DNA from: Eledone cirrhosa | Taxonomy: Eukaryota | Assembly: GCA_964016885.1 (NCBI GenBank) | Contig: OZ024746.1 | Location: forward strand, 73,842,001 to 73,906,000 | Direction: 5' to 3' | DNA length: 64,000 bases | Notes under the pieces: model-generated | What the model was told of the DNA's origin: nothing | Seen by the model: the letters and a program-made list of their open reading frames with translations, nothing else | Database searches by the model: none | Position numbers and translations under genes: made by a program | Shown: piece by piece, positions 14,900-28,659 of the stretch | Layout of the letters: each line of letters opens with the position of its first letter | Numbering within the stretch: the stretch's first letter is position 1

Positions 14900-16000
14900 A
14901 TGAATATTGGATTTATTTGATAAATGAGTATAAACAAACTCAAGAGCATTTTAGCTAAAACGCAAAATCGAAACCGCTTTGCTCCTGGCGCTCTGTTGTC
15001 ATGTTGAAACAGACGCATGAATGTGGTTCTATCCATGACAATCCCATTTGAGTTTCAGACCGTATATCAATCTGTCTTTCCTTTATTTAAGATGGTAGAA
15101 TACTGCATTTAATGCATTTGGCTGAGATATGTAGCAGATTGTGTGGACATGGAAGTTCTGAGTCTGCAACTTACTGAATTGTTAGGATATAGTTTTCATG
15201 TCGGGTTAACAAAGGTAGTTCATCATATTTCATACCAGCCATGCAACATCATACGTCACTTTTCAATGAGTGGAGAGATATATATTCTTTATGGATGGAA
15301 CCTTATTTATAGCTATGCTTCATTTGCAAATAAACCCAGTACAGAGCACAAAGTGTGGCCGACAAAATATAGATCATAGATATATAGAGGAATGGGTATA
15401 GTGAAACTGCATTCAATCAGTCTTATTATGTCTCTTAAAGAATGGTGGTGGATTGGCAGTATCGGTAGAGGGTCGGACGCCGTGCTTTCCAGCATAGTTA
15501 CGTCTCTTTACGATCTGAGTTCAAATCCCGCCGAGGTTGACTTTGCCTTTCATCCTTACGTGGTCGATAAAATAAAGTACCAGTAATGCACTGGGGAATT
15601 GCTGGCCTTGTGCCTAAAGTAGAAACAATTATGTCTCTTAAAGAAATAACATACATTGCAGAATGGTTCCCTTCATCTTCATGAAATTTATGACGAAGCG
15701 GACATATGATACAATCGTTTGCTTCACGGCGTGGCATCTTGGGCAAGGGTTTTACCATGCCCTCGGGTTGATACAAGCCTTGTGGTCAAAATTGGATAGA
15801 TTGAGACTGTTTAGAAGCCTGTCAAACGGATTCTTATAACTACAAGGTTTCACATTGTCACACTGTGTCACCATAAATCTGAATCTTTTTGATAGAAGTG
15901 TCTGTGGAATACCCAGCCACTTACAAGCTAATTTCACGAGCCGGCCGATCAGTTAACGAACTCATCGAAATGGAACAGAGATAACACAAGATTTTCGAAT
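14900..16000 (-). pseudogene. Possible highly decayed mariner transposase remnant, interrupted by a SINE
   Basis: LFQHDN near 14995-15012; KLACKWLGIPQTL and PFDRLL weakly resemble mariner WVPHxL and PFLDRI. Confidence 0.35.
15443..15632 (+). mobile_element. Full SINE with 18-bp TSD attatgtctcttaaagaa
   Basis: Consensus match; the duplication flanks both ends. Confidence 0.9.
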
Positions 16001-16219
16001 TATAATTATACTAAAATTGTAATATTAAATTAAATTCAGTAAAACAGAATGAAGGCGCGATCTGGAATGGGCCCGACAGCTAGAAAACAAGATCTTGACC
16101 TGTGTTCTAATCGTTATGATGTTGTTATTATCAGAGTTCTAATGATAATAGCTACCAGTCTTAATTGGTATCATGTACAATTCTTATCTCATATTCATCT
16201 GTCCCTGTTTTAAAAGGCA

Positions 16220-16527
16220 AATCGTTTATATACACACATACATACACATATATACTTATAAAACACACACACATACATATATACATATGCATATCTGTGT
16301 GTATGTGTGTATGTATATGTATGTGTGTGCATATATATTTAAATTATATGCATAAATAAATAACATTTTCTTATACGTATTGTTTATATATGCGTATGTT
16401 ATAGATTTACAGATAACCTTTATATATGAATATGTGTGTTTGTGAGTCTGTGTGTGTTTATATATATATATGTTGCTTATATATATATATTTATGAATGT
16501 ATGTATATATATGTATATATATGTATG

Positions 16528-16593
<66 letters not shown>

Positions 16594-17049
16594 CATACAT
16601 ATATATATATATATATATATTTATATACAAACATATATATACATAAAAACATATATAAATATAAATATATATATTTATATATATAAATATATATCTATAT
16701 ATATATATACAAACACAAACATCTATATACATACAAACATATATATATATATATATATATACAAACACACACACATATATATATACAAACATATATATAC
16801 TTACAAACATACATATATATATATATATATATACAAACACACACACACACATATATATAAATACATGTTTATATGTGTATGTGTACAAATGTATGAATAT
16901 ATATATATATTTATATATATATATCTGTGTGTGTGTGTGTGTCTATATTTGTGTGTGTGTGTGTGTGTGTCTATATTTGTGTGTGTCAGTGCATGTTTTT
17001 CTGTCATGTTTATAGTAGCTCATTATTGTCAATTACATAATATCGTTGT

Positions 17050-17084
<35 letters not shown>

Positions 17085-17097
17085 CAGTAGTAGTAGC

Positions 17098-17135
<38 letters not shown>

Positions 17136-17419
17136 CAGCAGCAACAGCAGTAGCAACATTATTAGAAATGCTGTTGTTGCGAATGTTGTTGTTTTTGCTG
17201 ATAGGCTATCGATCCGAATAATCAATCTAAAAATCTGCAAAAAATTTCAATCAACTTCAAAGTTCAAATTTCTCATAAGTTTATCGCTGTTATCTCGTCA
17301 TAAAAGTCTTCAAGACAACAATAATGCTAGCATTATTGTTGTACATCTAAATATATGTGTGTATTTTACTCTATGTAATGTATGTATGTATATAATGTAT
17401 GTATATATGTATGTATGTG

Positions 17420-17455
<36 letters not shown>

Positions 17456-17605
17456 TGTATCTATGTATGTATATATGTATGTATATATGTATGTATATAT
17501 GTATATATGTATATATATATATGTATGTATGTATATTTTTATGTATGTACTCTATGTAATGTATGTATGTATGTATGTATGTATCTATGTAAGTATATGG
17601 GTATG

Positions 17606-17636
<31 letters not shown>

Positions 17637-17730
17637 ATTTTTATGTATGTACTCTATGTTATGTATGTATATAATGTATGTATATATGTATGTGTATATA
17701 TGTATGTATGTAAGTATATATATATGTATG

Positions 17731-17763
<33 letters not shown>

Positions 17764-17806
17764 ATTTTTATGTATGTATACATGTTTATATATCTATATA
17801 TCTATA

Positions 17807-17900
<94 letters not shown>

Positions 17901-18167
17901 CGCGTATAAATATAACCCCCCCATATATATATATATTTATATATATATATATGAAAGACAGAGAAAGGATGAAAGGGGTAGAGACAGGCATAGTGTGTAT
18001 GTGTATGTGTATGTGTATGTGAGTGTATGTACATGGGCATGTGAGTATATTTTTATGTTTGTATCTATCTATCGATGGATGGCTCTCTCTCTCTATATAT
18101 ATATAAATACCACACACGTACACACTCTCTCACACACATATATTTGTGTGTCTGTGGGAGTATGCTT

Positions 18168-18264
<97 letters not shown>

Positions 18265-18340
18265 TGTATGCATGTATATATGTATATATGTATGTATTGT
18301 ATGTATTTATGTGTGAATATATATATATAAATATTCACGT
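16220..18340. repeat. Compound microsatellite field: (TA)n, (CA)n, (TAG/CAG)n, (ATGT)n
   Basis: Seen directly; includes a repeated block tatgtactctatgtaatgtatg in 17360-17780. Confidence 0.9.
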
Positions 18341-18819
18341 ATATGAGTGTGTATGTGTGATTTGTTCCTTATCGTCCAATGCCATCAGCGTTTCTGTTCT
18401 TTGATAACACTTACCATCACAAATATAATCATAATCACCATCGCATTGAACACCATAGCTATTAATGTTCACCACTATCATCAGCATCAACAGAGTTACC
18501 CGCCCCTTCGCCGCACCACCAAGAATAACACGAGTACCACTACCAACACAACTACCCTACTACGACTATCGCCATCTTCATTAACATCGCTAATTATTAC
18601 TTACGTCACAACAACCATCAGTATAGCCAATACTACAGCCACTACAATTCACAAAAACGTTCACTCAACTTGCTAGAAATAACAAAGAAGTCTCCCTCAA
18701 ATTGCACCCTACAGTTTTGATTTAAATGGAGGACTCATTGGTTGATGTACTTTCAGATATAGAGAGAAAGAGAGATGGTCATATCAGGAAGGTTTAATCT
18801 ATCATTATTATCGAACGCA

Positions 18820-18913
18820 ACTTTGCCTTTCATCCTTATGGGGTCGATAAAATAAAGTACCAGTAATGCACTGGGTAATTGCTGGCCTTGTGACTAAAGT
18901 AGAAACAATTATT
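18820..18913 (+). mobile_element. 5'-truncated SINE with TSD attatcgaacgcaac
   Basis: Consensus 3' half; the duplication flanks both ends. Confidence 0.85.
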
Positions 18914-19279
18914 ATCGAACGCAACACTATGAAAGCAATAATATCGCTGAAACCAAAGGAGGAGACAGCACGTGCTTATTCAGCTCACCAGAAATGGTAG
19001 CTGAACCTAACCTAAGTTATACCCTATTGTCTTAAAACAACAGAAAAAAAAGACAACATTGCTTAATGTATAGTTTTTTTTTATTTAGTCAAGAAGGGAA
19101 GGGTGGTGCCCGTGACCTCTTCAGGGCCGCCTAGATCGGTGGTAACGTAGAAGTTATGCACAAAACGGAGACCTGGATCAAATGCTTATAACGAAGTGAA
19201 CTCCTTTAAGGGTTCACAGAGGCCAGATAGTGGTGTAAACAAGTGAACGATAGTTAACAATATATATATATATATATAT

Positions 19280-19641
19280 ATTTCGTTTCTGTAACATGTA
19301 AATAAACAAATAAATAAATGAACATAAACACACACAGACACCCGGATGTGGCGCATGCGCAGACTGAGCACACAACACACACACACAGAAACAAAATGGC
19401 GTAGGACAGAACAAAGGAGAGGCACAGAAACAAAGAAAGGAATCCCCAGTCACTGAAGAGGTCACAGAGTGTGTGACGAAAGAACTATGACTATATATAA
19501 ACAACTATCTGGTTGTGGAACCAACCAACCAACCAGAAATTTATAGATTTATAAATTTATAAATTTATAAATATATAATAAATTGAAGTGAAAGCAATGG
19601 TGCGTGTGTTTCTTATTGGCAACATGACCCTCCCAAAGTAT

Positions 19642-19648
<7 letters not shown>
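19280..19648 (+). mobile_element. PLE-like terminus (gtcacagagtgtgtgac family) with hammerhead
   Basis: Matches 51283-51550 and is flanked by (TA)n. It starts with atttcgtttctg, the reverse complement of the family tail end cagaaacgaaat (51599-51610). Confidence 0.8.
19448..19492 (+). ncRNA. Minimal type I hammerhead ribozyme
   Basis: agtca CTGAAGA g gtcaca gagtg tgtgac GAAA G aa C TA tgact: 5-bp stem I, 6-bp stem II, 2-bp stem III. Confidence 0.75.
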
Positions 19649-19706
<58 letters not shown>

Positions 19707-19707
<1 letters not shown>

Positions 19708-19930
19708 TTATTAAAATAACAGATTAAAGTTTAAGCAAAGAATCGCTGCTTTCACCCTTAACGGGATCTTCTAAAACTAACGAAGTTAGTTAAGGGTGAA
19801 AGCACCGATTCTTTGCTTAAACTTTAATCTGTTATTTTAATAAATATTTGCTCTACGGTTCTTATATATTTGATATATATTTATCCTTATCGAGCCCTCT
19901 TTGGATTTTAGTCTTCAAATTTATTATTAT

Positions 19931-19935
<5 letters not shown>
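19707..19935. mobile_element. Asymmetric palindromic PLE-like terminus with a degenerate hammerhead
   Basis: Arms 19707-19761 and 19788-19844 plus a tail. The minus strand reads agttt TAGAAGA tcccgttaagggt GAAA gcag cgattct ttgc TT aaact. Confidence 0.7.
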
Positions 19936-20003
<68 letters not shown>

Positions 20004-20005
<2 letters not shown>

Positions 20006-20416
20006 ATATTAACAAATGGAAACTATATTTATAAAACCATATTTATTTCATTATACATATTTCAAGGACACCAAGTTAAATTATGGTATGCTTTCATCAG
20101 ATAAAATATAATATAGAGCAGTTTTATAAAGAATGCAACCATTACTGTTGGAAGCTCCCGGGAGCTTCCAACAGTAATGGTTGCATTCTTTAAGGGTATG
20201 TCAATATTTATTTATAAAACTGCTCTATATTATATTTTATCTGATGAAAGCACACCATAATTTAACTTGGTGTCCTTGAAATATGTATAATGAAATAAAT
20301 ATGGTTTTATAAATATAGTTTCCATTTGTTAATATCGTATTTTTATTCCAAATATTTGTTGAGTGCTTTATATCAGTTATAAAAATATTTGCTTGTTGTA
20401 TCCCAACAATTTAAAT
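20004..20416. mobile_element. Asymmetric palindromic PLE-like terminus with two opposed hammerheads
   Basis: Centre ccc/ggg at 20159/20160; the right arm has a ~20-bp insertion and a tail to 20416. Cores at 20094-20100 (-) and 20241-20247 (+). Confidence 0.85.
20233..20297 (+). ncRNA. Type I hammerhead ribozyme
   Basis: tattttat CTGATGA aagcacacca taatttaact tggtgtcctt GAAA T atgt A TA atgaaata: 8-bp stem I and a long stem II. Confidence 0.8.
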
Positions 20417-20419
20417 ATA

Positions 20420-21519
20420 TATATATAAAATCAACACAATGGTGGCATAAACTTATTCCAAAACGTGCTACTACTTCCATGGTTTCACAACACAGATGTA
20501 TTAGTTTAAAGACTATTGTATCAAAATTATATAATAAAATGATTCTACATCGTATACAACCATTTAAAGATCCATTATTAAGCTAGACTGAATGTGCTTT
20601 TCGAAGATCACGCTCCATTCTATCAAACATTTTAGTAGTGAAGGGAATCATTGGCAGTTTGAAATATCAAATTTGTTATCAGCATTAGTATTGATTGATT
20701 TCCCAAAGGTTTTTAATTCCATACATAGGGAAAGAATGTTTCAAATTCTCGAAGGATATGGCGAATCATTTTTAGTAGTAAATATAAGTAAACTAATCTA
20801 TGAAAACAAAAGCTCAGGTGATAATTCCAGATAGCGAAACCTCCTCCGTATTTTAGTCAGCATAATTTAGGGTGAAATATTAGCTACATTTTTGTTCATT
20901 ATTGTTTTGGATTAATCATTTAGAATGTCTGATCGAGATTGTGAAAATGTTATACGATCCATGAATGGGACATGGTATCCAGAGATACGACTAAAAGATT
21001 TGGCTTATGCTGATGATAGCGCATTGATCAGTGAATAACTGCAGTTAGCTGAAAAATTATTACTCTGTGTTGAACATACAGCATAACTAGTTGGTTTACA
21101 TTTTAATACTAGCAAAAAAGAGATTGTAACAGATTGAATCAATGATGATTATCAAATAAAATCCTTAACTGATCAAATCATTAATTGAGTAGAGCCTTTT
21201 AAATATTTAGGTGGTTATATCCCAGAATGCAAGGATGATTTTAATATAAGGGAAGGACTAATATCAGCTGCAATAAATCAACTAAGCTAAATACGGAATT
21301 CTAATATGGACGGAAACTGAAATTTAGATTTTTCAAGACTTGTGTAGAAAGTATTTTGCTATACAACTAGGAAACGAGGTCCATAACAGGAAAAGTAGAA
21401 AGAAAAATAGATTGATTATATACTATCATATACTAGGATATTGAGAAAAAGTTTTAACATCAACTGGAGAGATGATATAACCAACAGAGAGTGATACCAA
21501 TGTGTGCCACCGCTGTTAG

Positions 21520-21525
<6 letters not shown>
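20420..21525 (+). pseudogene. Decayed RTE/RTE-X-like LINE reverse transcriptase
   Basis: RCISLKTIVSKLYNKMILHRIQP, LIDFPKVFNSIHRERMFQILEGYG, GEILATFLFIIVLD, DLAYADD, FKYLGGY, FKTCVESILLY; many stops. Confidence 0.8.
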
Positions 21526-21550
<25 letters not shown>

Positions 21551-21551
<1 letters not shown>

Positions 21552-21724
21552 GGTATTGAAATTTCCGTTGGAAACAGAAAAGGTCATAGAAATGAAGAGT
21601 GCTCTATGTAAGTATCAGAGCAAAATTTAATGTATAAAATCAATACAATTACCTCATTACCAGAGGTTTCCCGAATGAGGCGAATACGAAATAAACGACT
21701 TCATTCGTTCATCAGACGAGGCAA

Positions 21725-21725
<1 letters not shown>
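21551..21725 (-). mobile_element. PLE-like terminus in (TA)n
   Basis: Island between TA tracts that begins with a hammerhead; homologous to 43481-43565. Confidence 0.75.
21648..21725 (-). ncRNA. Type I hammerhead ribozyme
   Basis: Reverse complement: attgcctcgt CTGATGA acgaatga...tcattcgg GAAA Cc tct gG TA atgaggtaat. Stem I is 10 bp and the triplet is GUA. Confidence 0.8.
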
Positions 21726-21784
<59 letters not shown>

Positions 21785-22003
21785 TTGCTCAGTACGTTGA
21801 GGACACGTCTTTTAATAGATTTTTTATCTGACTTGTTCTGATCATCATTTCTTTTCAAATAATGATGACAGACATCAAGCTAACTCAGCAAATACAATGG
21901 CACGCCGTAATCGTATATATATAATCCCCCCCCCCCCCATACAGACACACAAAGACACACAAAGACACACACAGACACACAAAGACACACAAAGACACAC
22001 ACA

Positions 22004-22056
<53 letters not shown>

Positions 22057-22094
22057 ACACACACACACAGACACACACACACACACACACACAG

Positions 22095-22131
<37 letters not shown>

Positions 22132-23329
22132 CATAGCCATGTTCAGTTTGTTAATATGATTATATTATTAAAATATTATTATAACCTGCAAACATAGCTT
22201 CCTTCAGTTTCGCTCTGTTTCGGATTCCAATATATTACATATTTATTTTGTGCAAATACATGTATTTATGTGTCTGTGCTTCAGTTTGGGTGTGTATGAG
22301 AGCGAGAATGTGTGAATGTGTGAGTTGTGTATGGGTGTGTAAATGAAAATAGCTCTATGTCAGCATACTCTAATGAGACAACAAAGTATTTCTCTGTATA
22401 CATACATGCATGTTATTCCTCCTTAGATAAGTTGTCTAAGACAGTGTTTGACCAAGATTAGGTTATAGCTCAATCACAAACAACAACCTCAATACCACCA
22501 CAACAACAACAACAGTAACAATAACGGCAATAACACTCAACACCACCCTACCATCTCAACAACTATTACCACATCCACCCGCTCCATACACACATTCCAT
22601 TATCACTGGCGCCACCTAAATAATCGCCATCAAACTCCCGCCACAAAGCCCCACCACACCCATATCAACTACAGCACTACCACCACCGCCGCCGCCGCCA
22701 ATGTTACATTTACGTAAACATGGCAAGATTAAGTCTTGTTAATACTCTTGAAACTATACAGACCTTTTAACATGGCCAAAATATCTTACGACGTTTTTCC
22801 TTGCCTTAACACAATCGATGAAAGCTTTACGCCTTTACTAACCACCCTATCAATAAAGTCTCCTTTTTGTTGAAGGGTTTCAAAGCAACGAAAAAGGACG
22901 ATAATCAGCAACGGAGCAGATTAAGAAACCGAAAACAGGCAAAAAAAAAAAGGGAAAAAAATCAAAACAAAAACCAAACAAAACGATAACAACACAATTA
23001 AAAATACAACAACTACACCAACATCAAAATAAAACAAATATATGAATGAAGCAATGAACCAAGTGGATGAAAGATAGATATGCTATACAAGAGTGGGGAA
23101 GGCGAAGGCGAAGGATAGAGAATGGCACATAGATATAGATAGATACAAATATGTATTAATAGAGGGATAGATAGATTGAGAGATATATGTATGATAGATA
23201 GATGGAAAGGGAAAGGAAGATGAAGAGAGGATGGGTGAAGGGAGAGGGTGAAGGAATAAGGAGAAACATAAAGTGATAGATAATAAGTGACAGGGTGATA
23301 GGTTGATTTATATACAAACACACACACAC

Positions 23330-25030
<1,701 letters not shown>

Positions 25031-25683
25031 TCCACTCCTACTTTAGTTGAATGACAAGAGCGTAGATTAAAAAAGATATGTACCAAAAATAAAAAAAAAT
25101 ACGATGTAACAAATGCATTGAACAATAAAAGAGAATACGTGATAACCCACAAAGACTTAAAACATAAACCTTGAAAAATCTTAAGTTGGGATCAAAACGT
25201 GTGATATCATTTGATATTATGTGAACTATTTATCAGCACAGTTGAACAACCCGACTACTAGCCAGTAAATATTCTAAAAGATTACCACTGAACATGCGCC
25301 ATAAATTGATCTGTCTTTATGCATGTTGGTGCATCTTGAATAATAGAAAGATAGCGGCGAAGAAGCCAGCACAGGCGTTGGGTGGTCGAGAAGGGGTTAG
25401 TGGTGTTTCGTTGACGATGAATGCTGGCAGTTGTTTGTGATCTTTGTTGTTTGATAGTAGATTCGATGGTTCGCGTGGTTGGTTGGCTCGTTGGTTATTT
25501 GACTGGTTGGCTGGCTGGTTTTTTGGTAAGATATTTGGTTGTTGACTGATTGCCTAGCTGGTCGGTTGCCTGGCTGGATGGCTGACTGTTGGGCTGGCTC
25601 TATGATTGGTTTGGGTGGCTGGTTGTTTAGTTGATTGGTATTATGGTAATAGAATCTTGACATGAGTATTATGGCAATAGAAT

Positions 25684-25830
25684 CTAGGACAGGACAAAGA
25701 AGAGATGCACAAAATAAAATCCTAGTGACTGAAGCGGTCACAGAATGTGTGACGAAAGAGCTTTGACAATATATAAGCAACCTTCCGGTTATCGAACCAA
25801 CCGACCAACCAACCATCCATCCGGAAATTT
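25684..25830 (+). mobile_element. Older copy of the gtcaca..tgtgac hammerhead family
   Basis: agtga CTGAAGC g gtcacagaatgtgtgac GAAAG ag CTT tgac; the core is mutated. Confidence 0.7.
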
Positions 25831-26314
25831 ATATATATATATATATATATATATTTATGTACATAATCATTCCATGCTTTTAGCCCTTACAACGTCCTTT
25901 AGGTTTTCAGGACCATAGAAGGGCTTGCTAGTCACCTACTCAACCTTTCAAATGGAGGAAAGATTACCATGTGTGGTACCCCACCAGCTCTTCTCCAACA
26001 ACAATGGAGTAAATTCAGAGAAAGGGAGAGAGAATGGAAAAGTACTTCTTTGTGTGTATGTGTATGAGTGCGAAATGTGTCGGTGCGTTTTCATGTACGT
26101 ATAATATAGTCTATGTATGTATTTAATTATCTAGTTTGGATGATTTTAGCTAAATAGGTTCTAAAGCTATTGAAAAGACGAAACCCAGGTCTTCGAATCG
26201 TGATATGCGTTTTCTCTTCAATATCTTGAAGGTATTGTCCCAGTATGGTCTCAGCCTAATGACTGAAACCAGCAAATGTAAAAAAAATGAAGCATATATA
26301 TGTATATATATATA

Positions 26315-27508
26315 CTAGCATTAAAGCCCGGCGTTGCTCGGGGTCAGTAAGTTACCAAAGTTAGGTTGCACCACCCATTTTAAGGCAGCACTTTTTTGTC
26401 TGCCAAGCACTGGGTGAATGAATTGCAGACCTGGACTGCCGAAGCAGGAGCTGCGCCAGCAGTGACAATTGTAGTTTCACCTATGGATATTATCTCTGTG
26501 CAAAGAAGTGTTGAAATTTATTGTTTCACAGTACTTGCGCAACACGCGCGTAGACGATGCCAGCCGAACAACAGAGCTGCGATGGAGTTGTTCTGCATGG
26601 TTGTCTAATGTGTGTTTTCTAAATTTAAGACAGTAGGGAGGGGTGTGATATGGGGGAGAGTTAGCTGCTGTTTCTAGCAGGTTTAGTGACCTCATAGAGG
26701 ATATGTTTTCTAAATTTAAGACAGTAGGGAGTGGTGTGATGGGGGGAGAGTTAGCTGCTGTTTCTAGCAGGTTTAGTGACCTCATAGAGGATATGTTTTC
26801 TAAATTTAAGACAGTAGGGAGGGGTGTGATAGGGGGGGGGGAGAGTTAGCTGCTGTTTCTAGCAGGTTTAGTGATCTCATAGAGGATATGTTTTCTAAAT
26901 TTAAGACAGTAGGGAGGGATGTGATATGGGGGAGAGTTAGCTGCTGTTTCTAGCAGGTTTAGTGACCTCATAGAGTATATTATTGTGTATAGTAAATATA
27001 CTGATACTTCTTTCTTCCACGTTCGTTGAGAGGTTTTAAAAAAAGATTTATCGCTATTTTTTTTGTTGTTGAATAAATTTATCTGTTGCTTTTGAATAAT
27101 TGTTGTTTCGTATGAAATGTAATAAGTTCCCTTTGTCATTGAAGTAAATAAATGTTTGACCGTTCCTCACTCAAAAACAAACGTTCTCTCTCTCTCTCCC
27201 TCTCACTCTCTTCTCTCTCTCTTCGGCGTTCCTAAAGGAAGTTTGTAAGCATGTATGTAGTTTTATCGAATTTTAAAGGGAGTAGAGAGAGGTAATCAGA
27301 TTCTATTATAAAACGTCATGTATTTAGTTTTATCGATTATTTCCATAATTGTGGGTGATTTTGAATGAAATAAATAGTCGTTGAGCTAAGTTAGACCATT
27401 TACAACATTCTTACAGACTTTGAGTGGAATCGGTTTGAAATTGTGCAAATGTATAAACATGGAACATGACTACACACACAACAACAAACTACCTTTTATA
27501 GATAATGA
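26315..27508 (-). mobile_element. Non-autonomous Helitron-like element with an internal minisatellite
   Basis: The minus strand ends with a hairpin (cccggcgttgctcggg on +), ~8 nt, then CTAG/T. The probable 5' end is A/TC at 27508 after an acacacacaacaacaaac tract. Confidence 0.65.
26614..26975. repeat. Four tandem ~90-bp units
   Basis: gttttctaaatttaagacagtaggga...gtgacctcatagag starts at 26614, 26705, 26795 and 26890. Confidence 0.95.
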
Positions 27509-27629
27509 TATATATATATATATATATAAAATTAGGTATGGTCTGTTTCCCGAAGAGGAATGGATGATAACTACAACCTAAATTACACTAGTAAAGAAGG
27601 CACATTTTTTTCATATAGAGATAGCTTCT

Positions 27630-27760
27630 ATCATGCTTTGCAGCATACAGTTCAAACTCGCTGAGGTTAACATTGCCTTTCATCCTTACAAGATCGATAC
27701 AATAAAGTACCAGTAATGCACTGGGATAATTGCTGGCCTTGTGCCCAAAGTAGAAAACTA
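27630..27760 (+). mobile_element. Degenerate truncated SINE
   Basis: Core and 3' end of the family. Confidence 0.75.
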
Positions 27761-27888
27761 TTTTTTTTTAAATCATCAAGACAACCCCGCTGATTTCGAA
27801 CGAATGAAACACATCTAGCTCTGTAGAAGTCCCTTTTTATGCCATACACGCACACACACACACACTACGCACACACACACACACTACG

Positions 27889-27921
<33 letters not shown>

Positions 27922-28078
27922 GTGCGTGTGTGTGTGTGTATGCAGCCATATAGAAGCCTCCAAGTTAAACTAGATGTAATCTGATAGATGATTTATCCAT
28001 TTATCACCGACCCAGTGACATGTTCCATCAATGTATATGATACTAACGGAACGGTCTAAGTGTGTGTAGGTGTGCGTG

Positions 28079-28167
<89 letters not shown>

Positions 28168-28659
28168 TCAATAGGCGTATATGAACAACCGGACATGCTG
28201 GTCTATAATATACTATTGTATCCAGATAGCGTAGCTTGACCCTCGTATAAATATCTATTTTGAACTGATTTGCCAAGTGTAAGAAGTATGTAGAATTCGA
28301 GCATCATGGTGTAAGTGTGTGAGTGTGTATGTGCAGGAGTATGAATGTTTATTAATGAATGCTCATATATATGTTTATGTGTTTGTGTACATATAAATAT
28401 ATATGTTTATATGTATATATATTATGTGAGTTTGTGTGCGTTTCATATCTGTATATTTTCCCGGCATATACTACGTATATTTCTCACTCTGTGTAAACAC
28501 ACAAACACACACACACACATATATATATATATGGACTCCAGTTGCATTTTCGATTTCATCTTTTTTCCTTATACTTTCACTCGTGTAGGATATCTTGTTG
28601 TTTTTCCTTTTGTAAATAAACCTCACTTTCTAATACATACCCACCACAGGAAGATCGAA

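Noticed and set aside
26614-26975. CRISPR-like array
   Set aside because: Contiguous ~90-bp units without unique spacers, eukaryotic context, no cas genes.
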